NCBI RefSeq assembly: GCF_006345805.1
Contig: NC_043003.1
Span: forward strand, 109,554,001-109,618,000
DNA from: Octopus sinensis
Lineage: Eukaryota
Length of the DNA stretch: 64,000 nucleotides
Reading direction: 5' to 3'
The position numbers and the translations under genes are program-made. This document shows, one piece after another, positions 54,537-64,000 of this stretch; the stretch's first letter is position 1, and each line of letters begins with the position of its first letter. Below the pieces are notes generated by a model. The model made no database searches and was not told the DNA's origin. It worked only from the letters and a program-made list of their open reading frames with translations.

Positions 54537-55145
54537 TATTTCGTCCATAAATATATTTATGTGAGCGCGAGTGTTTGTGTGTGCTTGCACAGAAGGTGGA
54601 TCTACGTCGTTCGACGGAGACTATTCAGTTGTTGGATCAAGTGAATTACCTGCTCCTGAATTAACGTGTAAGTGGACGAGCATTCCACAAATACGTGTAC
54701 CCTTAATGTAATACTCAGGCAGAATCAGCGTAATACACTGCGTGTGGCAAGGCTCTTGAACTACAAGTATAATACACCCTACGAGTTTCTAAACCGTTTT
54801 CGTCGACCCAATTTCACTTACAAGGTATGAGTCGACCTGAGGCTATACAAAAGAACATTTGCTTAAGATGCCAAGTAGGGGGCATCAAACTGGAGACCTC
54901 GAGGTCAGAAAGCGAACTTCGCAATCATTTGGCAACACTACGCCAATACACACACGCATACACCCATGTATGTACGTATGTATGTATGTATGTATGTATG
55001 TATGTATGTATGTATGTATGTATGTATGTATGTATGTACGTATGTATGTATGTATGTGTCTGTGTCTGTGCAAGTATGTATATATATATTATATATATAT
55101 ATATTATATATATATATTATATATATATATACATATATATATATC

Positions 55146-55176
<31 letters not shown>

Positions 55177-55490
55177 GTGAATGAATATCCTATGTTTATC
55201 GTCAGCATGAAAAATTCGTTTAACCGAATATTATGTATATATATATATATATATTATATTTTAAAATGGAAATATCATTCTCAAGTCTCTTTGAAGGAGA
55301 CTACCGTAGTGGTACTGGATATTAATAGCTATCGCCAAGCTAATATGGCAGTCCATCAATATGGGACGAATGCTGCCGTTGATTAGCTCCAACATACCAT
55401 CGCCTCTAGCTAGCTATGTGACACACGAATCTGTGTCCATTATAACCTTCGAACAGGGGATGGCAGCCGCTTCCCCTTGCTGGTAAGGCA

Positions 55491-55533
55491 TCTGCAGACT
55501 AGTTTCAGGGTATTTGCCCTTTATCAACGCGGA
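55491..55533 (-). ncRNA. Minimal type I hammerhead ribozyme (Penelope-type), U3:A8 core variant
   Basis: Minus strand: tccgcg TTGATAA aggg-caaata-ccct GAAA c-ta-GTC tgcaga. Core, 4-bp stem II, palindromic stem III (actagt), GUC triplet, 6-bp stem I with one mismatch and one G-U. Confidence 0.6.
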
Positions 55534-55689
55534 GTAGCCGAACCAACCAGTTATATAAACCCATAGTCCTTCGACCTGTAACTAGTTTGATAAGTGTTAC
55601 GCACGAACTATCGGCCGTTGAGTAACTCTGTTGCTTCTGCTAAATATTAATAAAAATATACAAGCGCAAAATATTAATAAAAATATACA

Positions 55690-56090
55690 GGCGCAGGAGT
55701 GGCTGTGTGGTAAGTAGCTTGCTAACCAACCACATGGTTCAGGGTTCAGTCCCACTGCGTGGCACCTTGGGCAAGTGTCTTCTACTATAGCCCCGGGCCG
55801 ACCAATGCCTTGTGAGTGGATTTGGTAGACGGAAACTGAAAGAAGCCCGTCATATATATGTATATATATATATGTGTGTGCGTGTATGTTTGTGTGTCTG
55901 TGTTTGTCCCCCTAGCATTGCTGGTGTATTTACGCTCCCGTTACTTAGCGGTTCGGCAAAAGAGACCGATAGAATAAGTACTGGGCTTACAAAAGAATAA
56001 GTCCCGGGGTCGAGTTGCTCGATTAAAGGCGGTGCTCCAGCATGGCCGCAGTCAAATGACTGAAACAAGTAAAAGAGTAAAGAGTATATA
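55690..56090 (+). mobile_element. SINE family B, full-length and well preserved
   Basis: ggcgcaggagtggctgtgtggtaag head through aaacaagtaaaagagtaaagagta; preceded by a 27-bp tandem duplication that includes the SINE start. Confidence 0.92.
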
Positions 56091-56132
56091 CTCATATTTT
56101 AAGTTCTATTTATCTTGTTTGTATCACCATAG

Positions 56133-56181
<49 letters not shown>

Positions 56182-56200
56182 ATATGCATGTATATATGTT

Positions 56201-56241
<41 letters not shown>

Positions 56242-56399
56242 AAGGACGGGGTATTGAATGTACGCACACACACACATTCTTTCGTGCTAGGTTGGTCCGC
56301 CCTCTTCTGTTAAATATTCTTCACTCGTTGGTCCTACATATGCAATTTATCTGCTAGCTTTAATGGAATAGCCAAAAAGTCTATGCCAGTGAAGCAACA

Positions 56400-56410
56400 C
56401 AGCACGTAGA

Positions 56411-56447
<37 letters not shown>

Positions 56448-56460
56448 ACGTTCACACACA

Positions 56461-56499
<39 letters not shown>

Positions 56500-56832
56500 A
56501 CGCACACACACACTCGCTGCACACGTCAATATATGTTCTAAAACATACACGCTTCACACACACACACACACACATACACGCACACACACACGCACACACA
56601 CACACACACGCACACATACACACACACTCCACCTATACACACACACACTGCTGCACACGTCAAATATGTTCTAAAACGTACACTTCACACACACACACAC
56701 ACATACACGCACACACACACACGCACACACACACACACGCACACATACACACACACACACACCTATACACACGCACACACACACTCGCTGCACACGTCAA
56801 TATATGTTCTAAAACGTACAGGCTTCACACAG
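56400..56832. repeat. Minisatellite of about 135-bp units (3 copies) built on CA runs
   Basis: gctgcacacgtcaa(t)atatgttctaaaac(a/g)taca recurs at about 56517, 56651 and 56787. Confidence 0.9.
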
Positions 56833-56864
56833 AACTTCTGTAGGATGAATCGAATAGAGAGCAT

Positions 56865-56930
56865 GAGTGAGAGTCGGTGGATGGTCGTGGGTGGAGTGAG
56901 AGTCGGTGGATGGTCGTGGGTGGAGTGAGA
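56865..56930. repeat. 29-bp tandem duplication
   Basis: gagtgagagtcggtggatggtcgtgggtg twice (56865, 56894) plus a partial third. Confidence 0.92.
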
Positions 56931-57219
56931 ATCTTCTGGTCTACAGAGGAATAGCGTTGCAGTTCATGTCTAGATCCAAAGTGTAGAATTCTACGAAGCA
57001 ATCATCGGAAAGCAGGTGATATATTAGTTTCACCAGAATTCCGATGCAATTCGAGAAATACGAAGTTGTTTATTTGTTCTGGTGATAGTTTCTTCTTCTT
57101 TTTCATTTCTTTCTTTTCTTTATTTCTCGTTGTTTATATTTATTGTAGTAGCAAATGTTGTTATAGTAGTAATAGTAGTAGTAGTAGTAGTTCTCGCTTT
57201 TGTTCTTTTTTCGTCTTTC

Positions 57220-57715
57220 CTTCTTTACCCATTCTTCTTCTTCTTCATCTTCTTCTTCTTCTTCTTCTTGTTCTTCTCCCTTTTCTTGTCCTTGTTGTTG
57301 TTGTTGTTCTTGTTCTTCTTGCTCTTGTTCTTCTTCTTCTCTTTGTTGTTGTTGTTGTTGTTGTTGTCTTCTTCTTCTTCTTCTTCTTCTTGTTCTTCTT
57401 CTTCTTGTTCTTGTTCTTGTTCTTCTCCCTTTTCTTGTCCTTGTTGTTGTTGTTGTTCTTCTTCTTCTTGCTCTTGTTCTTCTTCTTCTCTTTGTTGTTG
57501 TTGTTGTTCTTCTTCTTCTTCTTGTTCTTCTTCTTCTCTTTATTGTTGTTGTTGTTGTTCTTCTTCTTCTTGCTCTTGTTCTTCTTCTCCTTGTTGTTGT
57601 TGTTGTTCTTCTTCTTGCTCTTGTTCTTCTTCTTCTCTTTGTTGTTGTTGTGTTGTTGTTGTTGTTGTTGTTGTTCTTCTTCTTCTTCTTCTTCTTCTTC
57701 TTCTTCTTCTTCTTG
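57220..57715. repeat. (TTC)n/(TTG)n compound microsatellite with higher-order repeats
   Basis: Directly visible; source of the 216-258 aa pseudo-ORFs. Confidence 0.95.
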
Positions 57716-58177
57716 TCGGACAAAATACCTTGCAGTTTCCAATTGCGGCCCATTCCCTTCCGTGTTCAAATCTCACCGATGTCACCTTTGTCTTTCAGCC
57801 TTCTTCCAGAGGAGATAGAAATAAAGTTCCAGTCAAGTACTGAGATCGATGTCGCCCAATTCTTTCTCAAAACTGCTGCCTTTGTGCCAAAATCAGAAAT
57901 CAAGGGCGGCGGGGCTGACAGAACCATGAATCGTAAAGGGACGATTTTTTCCTCAGTGAAGCTCTATGAAACGTGACCTTTCACTGCCGACAACAGTAAA
58001 ATCAACAACAAAAAACAATAGCAGCAGCTGCAGCAGCGGCAACAACAACATCAACAGCAGTAACAGCAGCAGCAGCAGCAACGAAGCAGAAATAATGAAA
58101 CTGAACTTGGAAAAATTAACAACTGCAACATCAAGAATAAGAGACACTAGCATCAACAACAGCAACGGTGAATAAGA

Positions 58178-58798
58178 TATTTCTTTATTAACCTCTAAAG
58201 GTTTTACATAGAGGGGACATTACAAGGACAGACAAGGGACATTCAGGGTACAAACTCGCTTCTTACATACAGTGTGAAAAACCGGATGGATTTACATATA
58301 TTGTGAATGAGGGTTAAAAACATAAATATAAATGATGATTGTATGGAAAGTGGGTTCCGGGTTAGTGAATTTACCCGCCGGTTGGTTATCCCTTTTGGTA
58401 ATCTTTTTCCTTTCTTTTATGCTCTGACTGACCGTGCAAGCACAGCCTCGTGCATTCTCATTTTTCTTACCACTGTCGTCCATCTTTTTCCAAACGCTCT
58501 TTGCGGCAGGCTCCTCCTCTCCAGACGGATCTTGCTGGACAGATGGGCGGCGAAGTAATTCACCAACCCACGTCCGGAGATGAACTGACCTGTTGCAATC
58601 CCTTTTGTTCGCGTCTTCCACACCACATCTTTCAGTATGGTTACTACGCAGAGAAAAGCTACCTTCTCTTCTTCGGCGAAAGAGGAAGCTGGTACAATCT
58701 TTATCGTGGACTCGGACGAGAGTCGTACTCTTTCCGCATCCAACAACTGCTGTTCGGCAAAGGCCATCAACTCCCTCAACTCCTCACAGTGAACGAAG
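58178..58798 (-). mobile_element. 5'-truncated L1/Tx1 LINE, copy 5, with 16-bp target-site duplication
   Basis: gcaacggtgaataaga at 58162-58177 and 58799-58814; ORF VHCEELRELMAFAEQQLLDAERVRLSSESTIKIV...; AATAAA and the SINE-like tail at the 3' end. Confidence 0.93.
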
Positions 58799-59749
58799 GC
58801 AACGGTGAATAAGAACAGCAACGCAGCCTTCGGAAAGGGAGACAATAATGAAATACGACTTCAGTCAGAACCATAGCGATTGTTTGATAGTAACCATATG
58901 GTCCAACTTCGTCAGGGGGAGATATTAAAATTTGGACAAAGAACACTAGGATATGATGGATCTCCGTCGTTCGACAGTGATGATTCACATGCTTGATTAA
59001 CCAAAATAACTGATTCGCATGTTGAGTTAACTGAAATTATTCGGTTAATCGAATAACGTGTTAATGACCGAGCATTCCACGGACATGTGTATCATTAACG
59101 TAATTCTTTGGCAGAATCAGAGTGACATAATATTCAAAGCAAGGTTGTTCCTACTTTTTTAGATTACAGAGATACAACCTCAAACAAACCGGCAAACTTC
59201 TATAATTTAACCCCTCCATAAAATCGTCGTTGAATTATCGATACTCTTATCATGTAAATTTCTGATAGAAAATTAAACCAGTATAATTAATAATACATTT
59301 CTTGATTTAAAAACAATAATTACTTCGTTCTTTTGCATCAATACTAATTTTTAATAGGAAATATATCAAAAGAAATTTTGTGAAGACATTTTACAAGATT
59401 GATAAAGAACAATAAATATTCAGTCATATTGTATTGATGTCGGAATATTAAATATGAAATGTGTGTTTGGCGAATAGTAGTTATTGCATTGATATTTATT
59501 TGGAAATTAGCGAGTTTTGACCTCAAATTACCACTTTTTTTCGGATTCAATTTGCTGAACCTGGAAGAGTTTGCTGATAATTTTGCACCCTTTGAGCTCA
59601 GAATCATTTCAGTTTATTGATGACTTGGATAGCCACATAGGCTTCCAGGGATCCATAGTGATCATTTTGCCGACTCCCGCTTCCCCCTCTTCAGAAAATA
59701 TATTCCGTACTCTCAGAGCAACATAAACAAGGACTCAAATGACGAAAAC

Positions 59750-61190
59750 ACACAGGGGAAGGTTGGATTTCTTCAAGCGACGAGAAGTCTTCTTAGAACG
59801 TTTCGCTCTTTAGTGCTAGGGGATGACTGGAGCGAAAAATTCTGACAAACGTTCAGATTTTGTGGGGCTAGCTGATAGGAAGCTGGGCGCAAAACTTCAA
59901 ATTCCTGCTTAATCTGTGTCAGTTACTTGGACTGCCTATATTTACCGCGTTATGTCATCCAGTTCGTACCTAGATAGAGTGTGCGCTGGGCTAGCAGACG
60001 GAGATAATGAAGAACACCCAGAATTTCAATCGCTCATACGATCTGGTGTATACTGGTGTTGATAAGATAAGGACTCGATTATTGGAAACTGAACGCGCCT
60101 CCTTACTGGTGTGCGAAACTTATATAAGCCAAATCGGAGTTTTAGTTAAGCGGCAGTTGACAGGGTCAGCTGTCGAGTGCACAACCGGTGTTGGTGCATT
60201 CGATTCGGAAAAGGGTGATTAAAGTAAAATCATTGAGTTTTATCAAAGAAATTACAATCGAGAATGTAAGATTAAATCAGGAGTTGGTGAGTAAATTCGG
60301 AGAGACATATCGCAAAGTTATAGCAATTGACTTGCAGGCAGTGACTATACTTACTTACTTTACTTGTGGCGACATTCACTCTGGGCGGGTTGAGTCGGCT
60401 TCTTCTACCACCCTCGAAGCAGAAGAAGTTTCGTGGGAATATGTGCATTTCACAAGCTGTCCCCAACAATCCCGCATGTAGAGACATCCTGTTTGCCGCA
60501 GATTGTTGGCAGACGCAGGGACAGAACGACCGAGGAGCCGCCGGTTTCCGAAACAGATACTCCGAGGATTTTCACCAGAGCCCCGTCTGCCGGTTGTGGC
60601 ACTAATACCACTCGGTGTCAGACCAATCCGCCTTGGGTGGCCCTACCAGGCACCGAAGTTCCCGACGGCATAGCTCTGACACTACCCGTTGCCAGCGTCC
60701 CCACCACGGTGAGGAGGGGATGGACTTTGGGGACGAGGCAGTGACTATAGCAGTCATGTATATCTTGAATGCGGAACGCGAAAGTTGCGAGTCAAGATGA
60801 ACCCGGATAACAGTAGCATGACCTGGTACCAAGTACACAATTCGACTTTGACAGACCAGATCGGGTGCGTGTTACTTGATTCCGAGGAGTTGTGTGCGGT
60901 TTCCAGTGACACTTTGTTCGCATATTAGGAGTGAGAGGTGGAACGGAAAAGGAGTAAACTTCAGTGCCTACTCTGATGGCCCACCTTCACTCTTGGCGGA
61001 AGATACGAAATGCTGCGAAGAGATGATATCAACAACAGAAATGGGGAAGGTGATAAACGATTTCCCGAAGCACAGAAAGCGCAGATCACCTGGTTTCGAT
61101 GGTCCTCTCTGTGAACTTTGCTCATATACACCAGACTTGTTTGTCGGTATCTTGGCCGGTGTTAACTGCAACTGATAACATAACAAATTT
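59750..61190 (+). mobile_element. L1/Tx1 ORF2 relic: APE endonuclease C-terminus to RT start (copy 6)
   Basis: TFRSLVLGDDW, SYLDRV, DYWKLNA, then CCEEMISTTEMGKVINDFPKHRKRRSPGFDG; many stops and frameshifts. Confidence 0.85.
60350..60735 (-). mobile_element. Nested non-LTR retrotransposon 3' fragment with (TAAG)n tail and 14-bp TSD
   Basis: aggcagtgactata at 60336-60349 and 60736-60749; tail aaagtaagtaag on the minus strand. Clade uncertain (RTE-like). Confidence 0.85.
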
Positions 61191-61448
61191 ACCGCGGCGG
61201 GTGCGTGTTACTTGATTCCAAGGAGTTGTGTGCGGTTTCCAGTGACACTTCGTTCGCATATTAGGGGTGAGAGGTGGAGTCATCCACTAGCACTAAAGAG
61301 CGAAACGTTCAAGACTTTAGCCACAGCACTAGCAAAGAGGCCGATACATGACGCCGAATGTGTGATCGGAAAAACTCAGATACAAGCAATCTGGACCACG
61401 ACAACCTGCACCCCATAAAATATATCATAGAAAAGACAGGCAGTAAAT

Positions 61449-61449
<1 letters not shown>

Positions 61450-61490
<41 letters not shown>

Positions 61491-61651
61491 ACACCACCAC
61501 CACCACCACCACCACCACCACCACCACCACCACCACATCCACCACCACCACCACCACCACCACCACCACCACCACCAACCACCACCACCACCACCACCAC
61601 CACCACCACACCACCACCACCACCACCACCACCACCACCACCACCACCACC

Positions 61652-61702
<51 letters not shown>

Positions 61703-61710
61703 GCTACCAC
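61450..61710. repeat. (ACT)n/(ACC)n microsatellite
   Basis: Directly visible. Confidence 0.95.
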
Positions 61711-61712
61711 TA

Positions 61713-61910
61713 AGATGGCGAGGTAGAAGAATGAACAGTACGCCGGACAAAATGTTTAGCGGTATTTCGTCAGTCTTTACGTTCTGAATTCAAATTCCGC
61801 CCAGGTCGACCTTGCCTTTCATCCTTTGTGGGTCGAGTACCAGCTGAGCACTGGGTTGGTATAATTTACTATATCTCTCCCACCAAATTTTAAGCTTCGT
61901 GTCTATAGTA
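61713..61910 (+). mobile_element. SINE family A
   Basis: gatggcgaggtagaagaatg head, gttctgaattcaaattccgcc, gtcgaccttgcctttcatcc. Confidence 0.85.
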
Positions 61911-61914
61911 TTCG

Positions 61915-62290
61915 TAGTCATCGTCGTCAGCTGTCCTTCGTATGTCGACGTTGACTGTTTTGTTCAGAAGTCATCTACGGCAGGCTTACGTGTCGGCTAC
62001 AAGGTTAGCTCTTGCGTCTGAGCAAAACGCCTTTGGACAGTGAGTAAGACAGTTGGTGTCGTCCCGTCAACGGATTGCCTCTCTGGCCTTCCATGCCAAG
62101 TACCAAATGGTGCACAAGACTGCAACGAGCATGGTCGACAATGGGGTTGTCTCACAGTAGCAGCTCACTTGATAGTTGACGTCCAACCATTGTTTGATGT
62201 CCGCTTTAACCTTTGATATAGGACACCACCGCCTTGTAGGTTATCCGACGTCTTCATCGTATCCCTGGCCCAGGCGGTTAAGGGGTTGAT
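61915..62290 (-). mobile_element. RTE-clade LINE 3' end
   Basis: Minus strand G*PTRRWCPISKVKADIKQW resembles the RTE GRPxRRWxDDIKxW motif; 3' motif cgacatacgaaggacagc and a short (GAC)n tail. Confidence 0.6.
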
Positions 62291-63079
62291 GGCAATTGCC
62301 TAACTGATTACCTCAATCTACGGAGAGAAGGTTTGACTTACTGTCCCCTTCACGGATTGCCACTGATGCAGTTGCTGTAGCATGCCTTTAGGAGAAATGC
62401 CTTTGGTAAAAAGGATTATTATTACTTTTCTAGTTGTGAACATTATTGTATTATACGAAAGCGTAAAACAGAACATCCCCAGCAGATATAAATATCAAAG
62501 TAAGTAATGCAATATGATGGAAAGAGAATTAAAAAGAAAAAGGAAAAAAAAACAAAAACAAACAACAACATGTAGGTTAGCTTTCTTAGACAAGAAATAA
62601 GAAGAAAGAGAAAGCTAGAATGAAGAAGAAGAGAAGTAGAAGCGAGAAGTAGAGAAAACGAAATGTGTAGCAGAGATAGGTAGATTGAGGTAAATATAGA
62701 GAAAAGAAAAGGGTAAAATTATGTAAACGTAAATACATACATACATACATACATACATACATGTGTATATATGAAAAGGGAGAGAGAGAGAATAAGAACA
62801 ACGAATGAAAGAGAGGCAGGAGAAAGTTGGGGTGTAGAACGATATAGAAAAAATGTAATAAAAGTAAGAACATCCCTTTTAGATATTCATATCAGCGAAA
62901 TGAAAATTCCATCATATCTATTACTGCATTAATGTGATAATAGCTATATATATATATACACCTATATATATATATATATACACCTATATATATATATTCA
63001 CATATATGCATCTTTATCCTTCTCTCTCCCTTTTCCCTCCATCTTTATATCTCTCTGTCTCTCTCTTCTCTATATGAAA

Positions 63080-63131
63080 GCGAATGATGTTAATGATAAC
63101 GATGATGGTGGCGATGATGAGGATGATGATG

Positions 63132-63170
<39 letters not shown>

Positions 63171-63180
63171 GTGATGATGG

Positions 63181-63232
<52 letters not shown>

Positions 63233-63325
63233 AATGATGATGATGATGATGGTGGTGGTGCTGATAATGAAGATGATGATGATGATGATGGTGGTGGTGC
63301 TGATAATGAAGATGATGATGATGAC
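63080..63325. repeat. (GAT)n microsatellite with internal duplication
   Basis: Directly visible; ggtggtggtgctgataatgaagat occurs twice. Confidence 0.95.
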
Positions 63326-64000
63326 CAGGTCTGCGCTAATGATGGAGTACGATATAAATCATCTAAGTTGATAGCAGTCATTTCACATAGTTTTCTAATA
63401 CTATTGACCCCACTTCTCCCACACAGATGAAAGGTGAACTCAGCCTATGACCTTTTCATAAGGTTGTAGGTAAGTGATGGAAATAAAAAGAATGTTGGCT
63501 TAATAGGTTGAAAGAAAAAACGGTGGTAGCTGAGAAAGACGACATGGTAATATTATGAATCGCTGTTGTGGATAATGAGACCCAACTAGGTGGGAACCAC
63601 GATCCCTCAATTGTAAACTGTTGTTGATGCTTTTGTTTTGCCCCAGATCAACATTGTTCGAGAAGACCTAAGTTCGAAGGTATTTCGGCTGAGATCAGCC
63701 TTCTTTTTCTTCATATTGGAATCGAAAGTAACTTGTTTCCACTGCCCGCAAGAAGTCGCTTTAAAGTGAATAACTAGTTTTAAATAGAATTCTAGAAAGG
63801 TGACTCTAAGTGGTAAGCTGGACGTGTCAGAAATAACAGTCTAATCTGACTCGTATCATACTCTACCGTTTTATCATTGGAAGGATAACTTCGAAAATAT
63901 GTCCCCGTAATATAGGAAAGACGGAATGGTCATAGCTGGAATATCATTGATCATAGGTATTTTCGGCAAAGAAGACCGGGGGTTAAACAACAACAGCAGA

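Noticed and set aside
56400-56832. CRISPR-like repeat-spacer appearance
   Set aside because: Spacers are redundant CA runs, the context is eukaryotic and there are no cas genes.
57066-57976. 216-258 aa ORFs on both strands
   Set aside because: (TTC)/(TTG) compound microsatellite; no coding complexity.
63650-63682. 33-bp exon-like segment (INIVREDLSSK) with good splice sites
   Set aside because: It lies within a decayed interspersed repeat that has related copies near 35640 and 25790.

Overview
Eukaryotic, AT-rich, very repeat-dense genomic DNA with one 100-N scaffold gap (2188-2287). The repeat families and microsatellite density look like an octopus (coleoid cephalopod) genome; this is inferred from recognising repeats, not from a search. 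No complete protein-coding gene, rRNA, true tRNA or CRISPR array can be supported, and almost all long ORFs in the supplied track are microsatellite translations. The window contains: (i) dozens of tRNA-derived SINE copies of at least 4 families; (ii) six L1/Tx1-clade LINE pieces, one with a 16-bp TSD; (iii) several RTE-type LINE 3' ends; (iv) two Penelope-like element relics of different clades, one with a GIY-YIG endonuclease ORF; (v) four mariner relics plus MITEs; (vi) a few isolated candidate exons on both strands. Best leads: a compact Penelope-type hammerhead ribozyme with a compensatory U3:A8 core (55491-55533, minus strand); a tRNA-SINE family sharing its 3' tail with the L1/Tx1 LINEs; two long near-perfect hairpins; a MITE carrying TTAGGG repeats; and a candidate exon with weak APAF-1-like winged-helix resemblance that has a dead duplicate 0.9 kb away. 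All alignments and counts were made by eye.
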